From Lysobacterales bacterium (lineage in GTDB: Bacteria; Pseudomonadota; Gammaproteobacteria; Xanthomonadales; Ahniellaceae), in contig JBBSLL010000007.1 in assembly GCA_038255255.1 (NCBI GenBank), forward strand, positions 2,334-66,333: a stretch of DNA of 64,000 nucleotides, given 5' to 3'. The translations under genes and the position numbers were made by a program. Position 1 is the stretch's first letter; every line of letters begins with the position of its first letter. The notes under the pieces were generated by a model that was not told where the DNA came from, ran no database searches, and saw only the letters and a program-made list of their open reading frames with translations. This document shows positions 20,865 to 29,672 of this stretch, piece after piece.

Positions 20865-21878
20865 TCAGCGCGACACCAGCTGTGGCTGGGGGGCCGAAGT
20901 CGCGGTTTGCCAGTGCGACTCGAGCGACTGCGCGAAGGCGCGGGGCTGTTCAATCATCGCCATGTGGCCGCACCCGTCCATCACTTTCACCGTGGGGGCC
21001 GGGCGGATGCGCGCGAAGGTATCGATAGACGAAGCGTCGAGGATCTGGTCGTCGCTGCACCAGAGCACCGCCGTCGGCGACTCGATGCGATCGAGCTTCG
21101 CCTCGAGCTCGAAAGCGCGCGCGCCGCGACCGATCGAATCGAGGACGCGCGCGTTGAACGCGTGGCTCCTGCGGTTGCGCTCGAAGAGCACGTCGCGCAG
21201 CCGCGGCGGCAGGAACGGCGGCTTCGCGAAGAGTTCTCCCAGGAAAGCTTCGAACTCCGCCGGCGTGCGCGCGTTGAACGGAGTTTCGCCGCGCAGTACG
21301 CGCAGGGCGAACGCGTTGGGCTTGAACTGGACCCCGGAGCTGTCGATCAGCGCCAGCGATGCGACGCGCTCGGGATGCGTCGCCGCGAACACGCCCGCGA
21401 TGTGGCCGCCCATCGAGTGCCCGACGAGATGCACCCGTGGGATCTTCTGCACCTGGAGAAATCGTTCGATGCGCGCGACCTGCGCATCGATACCGTAATC
21501 GGACTTGATGCGCCGCGAGGATTCGCCCCAACCCGGCAGGTCCGGCAGGATAATGCGGTGGTCCCCGCCGAGGCGCGCCGCCAGCGGAAGGAAGTTTTCC
21601 TTGCTGCCGGTGAAGCCGTGCAGCAGGAGCACTGGGGTCTCGGACACGGACGAAGCCGCATCGCGCTCGTAATAGACCCAGACGTGGTCGTCGACCAGCA
21701 CGGCGTCGTACCGGACGTTCGCCTGCCATGCCTGGCGGGCGAATTCCGCGTCGAGCACCAGATCCGGGCGGAACGCGTAGAGCGCGGCCGTGCCCAGTAC
21801 AACGAAACCGGCCAGCAGTCCCAACGAGCGCCAGGGACGACGCGGACGCGATACGGCAGTGCTTCGGGGTTTGTCCAT
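20865..21878 (-). CDS. Alpha/beta-fold hydrolase (membrane-anchored)
   Basis: N-terminal TM segment, oxyanion HGFTGS and nucleophile elbow GHSMGG. Confidence 0.9.
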   Translation of the reverse strand: MDKPRSTAVSRPRRPWRSLGLLAGFVVLGTAALYAFRPDLVLDAEFARQAWQANVRYDAVLVDDHVWVYYERDAASSVSETPVLLLHGFTGSKENFLPLAARLGGDHRIILPDLPGWGESSRRIKSDYGIDAQVARIERFLQVQKIPRVHLVGHSMGGHIAGVFAATHPERVASLALIDSSGVQFKPNAFALRVLRGETPFNARTPAEFEAFLGELFAKPPFLPPRLRDVLFERNRRSHAFNARVLDSIGRGARAFELEAKLDRIESPTAVLWCSDDQILDASSIDTFARIRPAPTVKVMDGCGHMAMIEQPRAFAQSLESHWQTATSAPQPQLVSR

Positions 21879-22030
21879 GGCGCCACTCTGAGCGCCCGGG
21901 TTGGAGCGAACAATCCAGATGCGCGTGCCGATGCACGGAGCGGTCGGCCGAGCGCGGAAGCGGGTTGCCGAGGCCCGGCGGGACGACTTTGGTTATGCTG
22001 CGCGCCATACTCATGTCCGAGACCGCGAAG

Positions 22031-24676
22031 ATGCGCACACGACCACTCCTCCGCGCGGCCCTGGCCAGTGCAGTCCTCGTCAGTTTCGGTGGCTGCGCGA
22101 TGCAGTCGACGCGCGACAGCGCACAGAGCAGGCTCCTGGCGACCGGCGCCGATGTCGCCGCGACTCCGCAAGCGTGGTACGACCTCACGCCAGGGCAAAC
22201 GCCCTCGGACGGAGACCTGCGCGCCGTGCAGGTGACGTATCCCACGGGCCGGTTTGAGCCGCAGTGGCTCGTCGAGTCGGCGCGCGTGGCGCGGGCCGTT
22301 CCGGCTGGCACGCCTCTCGGTTCGCAGGAGATGCGGGGTCACGCCAAATCCGTGCTCGGAGTCGGAGCGTTCACGCCGCTCGGCCCGCAGCCGCTGAATC
22401 CTGGCGTGAGCGCCGCGTCCGGTCGCGTCAACGCGGTCGTGGTCGATCCGGTGGACCCGACGGTCGCGTACTTCGGCTCCGATGGCGGCGGCGTCTGGAA
22501 GACCACCAATTGCTGCTCCGCAGACACGACATGGACGGTGAAGACCGACCTGCCCGAGATCGCCAACATCGCGATCGGCGACCTGCACATCGATCGCAAC
22601 GACCGCAACACGATCTATGCGGGCACCGGCGACCTTCGCTACGGGTCATTCTCGTTCGGCGCTGCGGGCCTGCTCAAGAGCACCGACGCGGGTGAGACCT
22701 GGACCACGCTCGGCATGGACGTGTTCAACCCGTTTTACGGGCCAAGCGCTGGGCTGGGGTTTCCGCAGTACCAGGCGATCGGCAAAGTGGTCGTCGATCC
22801 GAACGACAGCGACAACATCATCGTCGGCACCAAGACGGGGCTCTTTCTGTCTTACGACGCCGGCCTCAACTGGACCGGGCCTTGCCTGACCAACGCGCAC
22901 ACTACGCAACGGCAGGACACCACCGGCCTGCTCGCGATCGATGCGGGCGCGACCACGACGCTGATCGCGGCTATCGGCACGCGCGGTGCGCCGACGCCGG
23001 TGCAGCCTGACCTCGATCGCAACGGCGCCAACGGCGTGTATCGCGCGCAACTGCCGACGAACGGTTGCCCGGTCGGCTGGGCACTGCTCAACGACAACTG
23101 GCCCGCAGGCACGGGCAACGGCGTCACCGCGGGCACCTCGAACGGCCGTATCGAAATTGCCGCAGCGCCCTCGGATCCGCAGGTGCTGTACGCGCAGATT
23201 TCCGACACGGTCCTCGCCAATGGCATCGTGGGCGTGTGGCGCTCCAGCGATCTCGGCACGACGTGGACGCGGGTCGGTACCGACGCCGCGTACGCTGGCC
23301 AGGAAGGTTCGCAGATGTGGTACAACGCCGGCCTCACCGTCGACCCGATCAACTCGAACGTGGTGATCGGCAGTGCGTTGAACCTGTTCCGATCACAGAA
23401 CGGCGGCGCCAACTTCTCGCGCATCGGCGGCAGCAACATGCACGTCGATCACCACGCGCGCGCCTACGTCAACAATGATCCGAACACGCTGCTCATCGGC
23501 AGCGACGGCGGCATGTGGCTCAGCACCAACGCGACGGCGGCCTCGCCCACGTTCGTCACGCTCAACAATTCGATCAACACCATCGAGTTCTACTCGGGCG
23601 ACATCACTGCCAACTTCGCGACGGCCACCAGCCGCGGTGCGAGCGGCGGTGCGCAGGACAACGGTTCCAACACCGTGCAGTGGCTGGGCGGCGTGGCTCC
23701 CGGTCCGTCGGCGTGGAACACGCGCCTCGGGGGCGACGGTATCTACTCGCGCATCGAGCCGGTGCTGGGCCAGCGCTGGTACCACTCGAGCCAGAACGGC
23801 AATCTGCGCGTGAGTCTCGCGGGGCCCGCGAGCGGCACCCAGGCCGCCGCCGCGCCAAGCGCGTGGGGTGGAGACGTACTGAGCTTCGTGATGCCGGTGG
23901 AACTCTATCGCTACGGCGTGCTCGACGCGCCGGACAGTGGCTGCACGAGCGCGCTCGGCTGCAGTCGCCTGCTGGGCGGCACCAACCGCGTGTGGGAAAC
24001 CATCCTGGGCGCTGTGCCCGCCACGTCGTGGTACGCCAACAGTCCGAACCTCACCAAGGGCACGCTGGGCGTTCGATCCTTCATCAACCAGCTCGCGCAC
24101 TCGGTCACCGATCCGCGCATCGTGATCGTCGGAACCAACGACGGCAACGTGCAGTACGGCTTTGGCCTGGGCGCCGGTGTCGCCAACACCGCATCGTGGG
24201 TCAACGTCACCGGCAGCAACGCCGTGCTGCCGAACCGGCCGATCATGGACGTGGCCACCGATCCCGTCGATCCGCGCGTCGGTTACGCCGCGGTCGGCGG
24301 CTTCGACCAGAACACGCCCGCGCAACCCGGGCATGTGTTCCAGGTCGCCTGCACCGGCAACTGTGCGTCGTTCGTCTGGACCGACAAGACCGGCAACCTG
24401 CCGAACATCCCCGCCAACTCGATCGTCGCCAATCCGCTCAACCGCGCGCAGGTATTCGCCGGCACCGACTGGGGCCTCTACTACACCAACAACATCGATG
24501 CGACGCCACCGCAGTGGTTCCGCCATGAAGGCATGCCACACGCGATGGTGTGGGACATGGCGATCGATCGCGGCTTCACCACGCTCGCCGTCTTCACCCG
24601 CTCGCGCGGCGCGTGGGTGTGGCCGCTGCCCGCCGCGCCCAACGTCGACGTCCTCTTCGAGAACGGCTTCGAGTAG
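22031..24676 (+). CDS. BNR/Sortilin-VPS10-like beta-propeller repeat lipoprotein
   Basis: ATG 22031 gives MRTRPLLRAALASAVLVSFGGC with a lipobox; alternative ATGs are at 21995 and 22013. Multiple BNR/Asp-box-like repeats (SDGGGVWKT, STDAGETW, SYDAGLNW, SSDLGTTW, SQNGGANF). Confidence 0.85.
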   Translation: MRTRPLLRAALASAVLVSFGGCAMQSTRDSAQSRLLATGADVAATPQAWYDLTPGQTPSDGDLRAVQVTYPTGRFEPQWLVESARVARAVPAGTPLGSQEMRGHAKSVLGVGAFTPLGPQPLNPGVSAASGRVNAVVVDPVDPTVAYFGSDGGGVWKTTNCCSADTTWTVKTDLPEIANIAIGDLHIDRNDRNTIYAGTGDLRYGSFSFGAAGLLKSTDAGETWTTLGMDVFNPFYGPSAGLGFPQYQAIGKVVVDPNDSDNIIVGTKTGLFLSYDAGLNWTGPCLTNAHTTQRQDTTGLLAIDAGATTTLIAAIGTRGAPTPVQPDLDRNGANGVYRAQLPTNGCPVGWALLNDNWPAGTGNGVTAGTSNGRIEIAAAPSDPQVLYAQISDTVLANGIVGVWRSSDLGTTWTRVGTDAAYAGQEGSQMWYNAGLTVDPINSNVVIGSALNLFRSQNGGANFSRIGGSNMHVDHHARAYVNNDPNTLLIGSDGGMWLSTNATAASPTFVTLNNSINTIEFYSGDITANFATATSRGASGGAQDNGSNTVQWLGGVAPGPSAWNTRLGGDGIYSRIEPVLGQRWYHSSQNGNLRVSLAGPASGTQAAAAPSAWGGDVLSFVMPVELYRYGVLDAPDSGCTSALGCSRLLGGTNRVWETILGAVPATSWYANSPNLTKGTLGVRSFINQLAHSVTDPRIVIVGTNDGNVQYGFGLGAGVANTASWVNVTGSNAVLPNRPIMDVATDPVDPRVGYAAVGGFDQNTPAQPGHVFQVACTGNCASFVWTDKTGNLPNIPANSIVANPLNRAQVFAGTDWGLYYTNNIDATPPQWFRHEGMPHAMVWDMAIDRGFTTLAVFTRSRGAWVWPLPAAPNVDVLFENGFE

Positions 24677-24760
24677 GTCAGGTCGGCTTGCCGACCTGAC
24701 GCCAGGCTGCGATGAATGTTTTTGTCAGGTCGCTTCGCGACCTGACCTACGACGGCGAAG
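24609..24760 (+). repeat. Direct repeat R, copy 1 (3' end of the BNR gene plus REP-A doublet)
   Basis: ~152 bp with 3 mismatches to 25455-25607. Confidence 0.95.
24673..24750. repeat. REP family A doublet (GTAG-headed palindromes in inverted orientation)
   Basis: gtaggtcaggtcggcttgccgacctgac (24673-24700) and gtcaggtcgcttcgcgacctgacctac (24724-24750). Confidence 0.85.
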
Positions 24761-24945
24761 TAACGCTTCGTCACATTCGAATCCCGAAGCGGATTTGTGT
24801 GAGTCGCCGCCGAGGGCTCGACTAGACTCGCGACACCCGGGTGGCAGTCGCGAGTCGGGAGCCCTGGGGGGCTCGCCGATGCGCGGTAGTGCGAATGCCA
24901 TGCGGCCATCGCTGCTTTCCTTCGCACCACTCTCAAGGGGATTCC

Positions 24946-25422
24946 ATGTCACTTCCAGTTCGCACGTCCGCGATCGCGGGCGCGTGTGTTGCCATGCTCT
25001 TCGCATCCGGTTGCGCCACCATCACGCGCGGCTCCACCCAGACATGGACTGTCGAAAGCACGCCGATTGGCGCCACGGCGTCGCTTTCCAACGGCGAGCG
25101 GTGTGAGACGCCCTGCACGCTCACGTTGAAGCGCAAGCATCCGATCGCGGTCCAGATCTGCAAGCCGGGCTTCGCGCCGGTCAACACGTCGGTGCAGAGT
25201 GCGATGTCGGGCCAGGGCGGCGCCGCGATGGCGGGCAACGTGCTCGTTGGCGGACTTATTGGCGCGGGCATCGATGCAGGCAGCGGTGCGGGCAAGGACC
25301 TCAAACCGAACCCCCTGCAAGTGGTCCTCGTTGCGGCAGATCCGGGCTGCACTGATCCGGCCTTTCCGTCCGTACCGAAGTCGGGCCAGACCCCCGATCA
25401 GTACTTCAAGGGCAACAAGTAG
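24946..25422 (+). CDS. PEGA-domain lipoprotein with Gly-rich C-terminal segment
   Basis: ATG 24946 and lipobox MLFASGC. PEGA-like core (STPIGA...ETPCTL...KPGF) and a Gly-rich hydrophobic stretch GNVLVGGLIGAGIDAGSGAG. Confidence 0.75.
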   Translation: MSLPVRTSAIAGACVAMLFASGCATITRGSTQTWTVESTPIGATASLSNGERCETPCTLTLKRKHPIAVQICKPGFAPVNTSVQSAMSGQGGAAMAGNVLVGGLIGAGIDAGSGAGKDLKPNPLQVVLVAADPGCTDPAFPSVPKSGQTPDQYFKGNK

Positions 25423-25454
25423 CCACGAAGCATCACGATTCAAACAAGCGAACG

Positions 25455-25607
25455 GGCGCCTGGGTGTGGCCGCTGCCCGCCGCGCCAAACGTCGACGTCC
25501 TATTCGAGAACGGCTTCGAGTAGGTCAGGTCGGCTTGCCGACCTGACGCCAGGCTGCGATGAATGTTTTTGTCAGGTCGCTTCGCGACCTGACCTACGAC
25601 GGCGAAG
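25455..25607 (+). repeat. Direct repeat R, copy 2
   Basis: Near-identical to 24609-24760 and offset by 847 bp. Confidence 0.95.
25458..25523 (+). pseudogene. Orphan 3' fragment of the BNR-propeller gene (21 codons plus stop)
   Basis: Reads AWVWPLPAAPNVDVLFENGFE*, identical in protein to the end of 22031-24676. No in-frame start or upstream homology. Confidence 0.6.
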
Positions 25608-25651
25608 ATCGCATCGGTCCGATGTAGGTCAGGTCGGCTCGCCGACCTGAC
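25520..25651. repeat. REP family A, three copies
   Basis: Copies at 25520-25547, 25571-25597 and 25624-25651. All carry the gtaggtcaggtcg...cgacctgac core. Confidence 0.85.
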
Positions 25652-25659
25652 GCCGGCCC

Positions 25660-27564
25660 CTACGGCGTGACGCCGAGCTTGGTGGCGACGGTGGTGCGCG
25701 TCAGCGGGTGGTATCCCGGTGATGCGATCTGGAAGATGCGGATCGCTTCGGCCTTGCCTTCCGGCGTCTTCGCGAGATCCGAGTAAAGCGGGACCACCAG
25801 CTTGCGTCGGCCGATGCCGATGAGATGCGCCTCGAGGGGCGCCTTGATCGGTGCATAGTTCGCCGCGATGCCGCGCTTGAACCACGCGAACGCGATCTCC
25901 GCATTGCCGGTGGCAGTCAGGTCGTATGCCGCGTCGAGCGCCTCGAGCTGCGCCACGGTGCTCGGGTCGGGCAATCCATTGAGGAAATGCAGCCATTCCT
26001 GCGTCGACCATGCCTTGCCGTCGAGCGCGGTGGCCGCGCGCGTGCCCGCCACGAACTCCGCGCGCTGCGCGTCGACGGCTGCGAGCTTGGCCGAAGTCGA
26101 CTTCACCGCGTTGGCGGGAATGCCCGGCTGGTGGAGCCAGCCATCGAGCTCGGCCTTGTCGAACTTGCCGGGATGCTTCGAGAGCAGCTCCGCATCGAGA
26201 TACGCGATGAAGTCCTGCGTCGTGATGCTCTTGAACGCCTGCGAGTCGAACCAGCCGCGCAGGAACGGGTCGAACGCCTCGCGGCCGAAGCGCTGCTCGA
26301 GCGTCAGCAGCAGCCATGCGCCTTTCTGGTACGGCACGCCGGAAAACGTCTCGTCCGGATCGCGTCCGGCGACGTCGACCACCAGACGCTGGTCCGGCTC
26401 CGCGATGGTCTTGATCTCCTCAAGCAGGCCATCCTGCGACAGCACCTGTTCCATCAGCGCGAAGTCGGCGCCGTACACCTCTTCCAGGATGCGGTTCTCG
26501 ACGTAGCTGGTGAAGCCCTCGTTCAACCAGAAGTCACGCCAGCTCGCGTTGGTCACGAGATTGCCGGACCACGAATGCGCCAGCTCGTGCGCGACCAGCG
26601 ACATGAGGCTCTTGTCGCCGGCGATGATGGTGGGCGTCGCGAAAGTCAGGCGCGGATTCTCCATGCCGCCGTAGGGGAAGGACGGCGGCAGCACCAGCAG
26701 GTCGTAGCGGCCCCAGCGGTATTCGCCGTAGAGCTTTTCAGCCGCATCGATCATGGCCTCGGTGTCGGTGAATTCGTCCGCGGCGGCCGCGATGCGGCCC
26801 TTTTCCGCGTAGACGCCCGAACGCTTGCCCAGCGGACGGAAATCGAGTTCGCCGACCGCAATGGCGAGCAGGTACGACGGGATCGGCTGCGGCATGCTGA
26901 AGGTGTATCCACCCTCACCCGTCGCGGCGGCATCGTTGTCGGCGCTCATCACCACGCGCAGGCCCTCGGGTGCGCGCACCTTCGCCGAGTAGGTGAAGCG
27001 CACTGCCGGCGTATCCTGGATCGGAATCCACGAGCGGGCGTGGATCGCCTGCGACTGGGAGAACATGAAAGGCTGCGTCTTTCCCAGCGTCTGCGACGGC
27101 TCGAGCCACTGCAGGCCGGTAGCCTCCGGGCGCGAGTTGTAGGCGATTCGAACGCGCGTTTCGCGCTCGGGCAGCTGGATCGTCAGCTTCGATCCGAACT
27201 TGGCGTCGCGCGCGGCGATTTCGAACGGCGCCGCTTCCCATCCGGCCGCGGTCTGCCGTTCAACGCGCGAGATGTCGAGGTCGCGTGTATCGAGCACGAG
27301 CGTGGTGGCGGTGTCGTCCAGCCATTCGAATGCGAGCTGTGCGTTGCCGGCAATCTGCTTGCGCTCGAACGAGACGTCGAGATCCAGGGCGACGTCGGTG
27401 ACGCGCACGTCGTCGTAGTTGGCATAGCTCTGCGGATCCGGGGTCACGGCGGCTACCGGGTTGGAGGCAGGGGTCTGCGCGGGCGCGGGAGCGACGTCCG
27501 CCGGTTTGGAACATGCCGCGAGCAACACGACGCACACACACAGGGCCTGGCGCAAAACACGCAT
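25660..27564 (-). CDS. M1 family metallopeptidase (leukotriene A4 hydrolase/aminopeptidase-like), lipoprotein
   Basis: ATG 27564 and lipobox VLLAAC. Exopeptidase motif GGMEN, zinc site HELAHSW, and the distal Glu in WLNEGFTSY. Confidence 0.92.
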   Translation of the reverse strand: MRVLRQALCVCVVLLAACSKPADVAPAPAQTPASNPVAAVTPDPQSYANYDDVRVTDVALDLDVSFERKQIAGNAQLAFEWLDDTATTLVLDTRDLDISRVERQTAAGWEAAPFEIAARDAKFGSKLTIQLPERETRVRIAYNSRPEATGLQWLEPSQTLGKTQPFMFSQSQAIHARSWIPIQDTPAVRFTYSAKVRAPEGLRVVMSADNDAAATGEGGYTFSMPQPIPSYLLAIAVGELDFRPLGKRSGVYAEKGRIAAAADEFTDTEAMIDAAEKLYGEYRWGRYDLLVLPPSFPYGGMENPRLTFATPTIIAGDKSLMSLVAHELAHSWSGNLVTNASWRDFWLNEGFTSYVENRILEEVYGADFALMEQVLSQDGLLEEIKTIAEPDQRLVVDVAGRDPDETFSGVPYQKGAWLLLTLEQRFGREAFDPFLRGWFDSQAFKSITTQDFIAYLDAELLSKHPGKFDKAELDGWLHQPGIPANAVKSTSAKLAAVDAQRAEFVAGTRAATALDGKAWSTQEWLHFLNGLPDPSTVAQLEALDAAYDLTATGNAEIAFAWFKRGIAANYAPIKAPLEAHLIGIGRRKLVVPLYSDLAKTPEGKAEAIRIFQIASPGYHPLTRTTVATKLGVTP

Positions 27565-27661
27565 GAGACTTTCCTCCAATCGACGCTGCGCAGTCTAACG
27601 GAGCCCACAAACAAGGTTCAGGTGGGCATTTCGGAACTTGCTGCCGGGAAGACCCCGACTG

Positions 27662-28432
27662 CTACACCGCGTAGCCGGAATGGATCGCCACGATGCCGCC
27701 GGCAAGGCTGCGGTGCGACACCCGGAGGAAGCCTGCGGCCTCCATCATGGACGACAGCGTGGCCTGGTCGGGGTGCTTGCGAATCGATTCCGCGAGGTAG
27801 CGATAGCTGTCCGCATCGTTGGCCACGGCCCGTCCGATACGCGGCAGCACCTCGAACGAGTACAAGTCATAGGCACGCTTGAGCAACGGCTCGCGCACCC
27901 GCGAAAACTCGAGGATCAGCGCGCGTCCGCCGGGCGCGAGCACGCGTTTCATTTCGCGCAATGCCGCGGGCTGGTCGGTGACGTTGCGCAGACCGAATGC
28001 AATCGTCACTGCGTTGAAGGCGCCGTCGGCAAAAGGCAGCCGCTCGGCATCGAGCTGCGCGTACTCGATGCCGCGAACCAGCCCCCGGTCGATCAGGCGC
28101 TCGCGCCCGACCTCGAGCATGGCTGCATTGATGTCGCCGACGACGATAGTGCCTCGATCGCCGACGCGCGGCGCCAGCAAGGCCGCCACATCGCCCGTGC
28201 CGCCGGCGAGGTCGAGCACGCGATCGCCTTCCCGGACGTTGCTGGTCGCGACGAAATGGCGCTTCCACAACCGATGCACGCCCATCGACATGAGGTCGTT
28301 CATCACGTCGTACTTCGACGCGACCGAAGTGAACACCTCGCCCACCAGCTTCGCCTTGTCGGCGACCGCGACGTCGCGGTACCCGAAATGCGTGGTGTTG
28401 TCGGGCGCGGGCTTTTCGTCGGATTGGCTCAT
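27662..28432 (-). CDS. ubiE: Demethylmenaquinone / 2-methoxy-6-polyprenyl-1,4-benzoquinol methyltransferase UbiE
   Basis: ATG 28432, N-terminal THFGYRDV and SAM motif [10 protein letters not shown]. Length ~256 aa. Confidence 0.93.
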   Translation of the reverse strand: MSQSDEKPAPDNTTHFGYRDVAVADKAKLVGEVFTSVASKYDVMNDLMSMGVHRLWKRHFVATSNVREGDRVLDLAGGTGDVAALLAPRVGDRGTIVVGDINAAMLEVGRERLIDRGLVRGIEYAQLDAERLPFADGAFNAVTIAFGLRNVTDQPAALREMKRVLAPGGRALILEFSRVREPLLKRAYDLYSFEVLPRIGRAVANDADSYRYLAESIRKHPDQATLSSMMEAAGFLRVSHRSLAGGIVAIHSGYAV

Positions 28433-28481
28433 GCCGCGATTATCGCGCATGATTCCTGATCCCCACGTTTCGCACGAACTT

Positions 28482-28602
28482 GCCCCTCACCCGGCGCTGC
28501 GCGCCACCCTCTCCGGCCCTCCGGGCGTTCGTCGTCGCGCAACAGTCCCCCGGACTGTTGCAAGATGCGCCGTCTCACCCCCGCTCGCGGGGCGAGGGTA
28601 AG
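28482..28602. repeat. Family-C MITE-like intergenic element (~121 bp)
   Basis: gcccctcacccggcgctgcgcgccaccctctcc ... gcaacagtcccccggactgttgc ... ctcacccccgctcgcggggcgagggtaag. Shares its ends with 20726-20853 and 63934-64000. Confidence 0.8.
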
Positions 28603-28604
28603 CT

Positions 28605-28970
28605 TCAGCGGTCGAGGCCGGCCTGGCCGAGCGCGGCGAGATACAGCGCCCAGCGCTGTTCGTGCTCGCGGCCGAGCAGTGCCAGCCATTCCCAGGAATA
28701 GATACCGGTGTCGTGGCCGTCGCTGAAAGTGAGCGACACCGCGTAATGTCCGACGGGCTCGATCGCGATGACATCGACGTTGCGTTTGCCCGGCACCAGC
28801 ACCTTCTGGCTCGGGCCATGGCCCTGCACTTCCGCGCTGGGCGACTCGACGCGCAGGTACTCGAACGGCAGGCGGTAGCGCTCGCCGGAGTCAAAGGCGA
28901 CTTCGAGCACGTGGGAGGCCCGATGCAGCACGATCTCAATCGGCGTCACCCGCGCCGCACCCACGCTCAC
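28605..28970 (-). CDS. DUF971 (gamma-butyrobetaine hydroxylase-like N-terminal) domain protein
   Basis: 121 aa with the pattern LEVAFDSGERYRLPFEYLRVESPSAE...HYAVSLTFSDGHDTGIYSWEWL typical of DUF971. ATGA overlap with the upstream gene. Confidence 0.85.
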   Translation of the reverse strand: MSVGAARVTPIEIVLHRASHVLEVAFDSGERYRLPFEYLRVESPSAEVQGHGPSQKVLVPGKRNVDVIAIEPVGHYAVSLTFSDGHDTGIYSWEWLALLGREHEQRWALYLAALGQAGLDR

Positions 28971-29584
28971 GTGAGCTTGAGATTCCGCGGCGGCCGCAGG
29001 TCGTCCGGTGGCTGGCCCGCTATCTGCGACAAGGCCTCGTTGTACGGACCGTCGAACGAGATCGCGGAGATCTCCTCCAGGCCGAACATCGACAGCTCAT
29101 GCATCCACTCTGCGTCGGGCGTGATTTCCTGCAGCTGGAAGCCGTCCGCGTCGAATCCGACGAAGCGCCCGACGTAGCAGACCTCGTGCGTTTCCTCGGT
29201 GTCGACGTGCACCGACAGCACGTTCGACTGGGTGGCCATCCACTGCAGCAATTCCGTGGCGCTGTCGAGCACGCCCGCGGGCAACTCCAGCGTGCCGCGC
29301 GCGACACCCTTGAGCGCCATCGCCCTTTCGATGAAACCAGCGTTCTTGTCGGGCGCTTCGAGCTCGGTCACGTCGCGGTGGCGGAGCGCGAAGATTCCAT
29401 CGAAACCGAGGAAGTCACCTACGACCCACAGCAATACGTACTCGTTGCCCACGCCGAGCACGTAACCCGCGAAGCTGCCCGCTTCCAGTCCGTTGCGCCA
29501 CAGGCGAACCAGCTGGCCGGAAGTGTGCGCTGCGCGCAACTGGGCGCGCACGCTGTTGCTCTTGAGGGTTACGACATTGGTCAT
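28967..29584 (-). CDS. Hypothetical protein (205 aa) with two similar beta-rich halves
   Basis: ATG start and good GC3 bias. Its stop overlaps the DUF971 start (ATGA). No motif recognised. Confidence 0.75.
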   Translation of the reverse strand: MTNVVTLKSNSVRAQLRAAHTSGQLVRLWRNGLEAGSFAGYVLGVGNEYVLLWVVGDFLGFDGIFALRHRDVTELEAPDKNAGFIERAMALKGVARGTLELPAGVLDSATELLQWMATQSNVLSVHVDTEETHEVCYVGRFVGFDADGFQLQEITPDAEWMHELSMFGLEEISAISFDGPYNEALSQIAGQPPDDLRPPRNLKLT

Positions 29585-29672
29585 GGCGGCATTCTAGAGC
29601 ATCCCTTCCGAGCGGGCGCTCGATGGCCCACAGGCCCTGAACCGGGGTCAGGTTCGTCGCATTGGAGGACCC

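Noticed and set aside
24673-25651. The R-X-R cassette as an integron gene cassette with attC sites
   Set aside because: No intI gene is present. The palindromes lack the RYYYAAC/GTTRRRY core sites and belong to a GTAG-headed REP family that is also found in the hslVU spacer.
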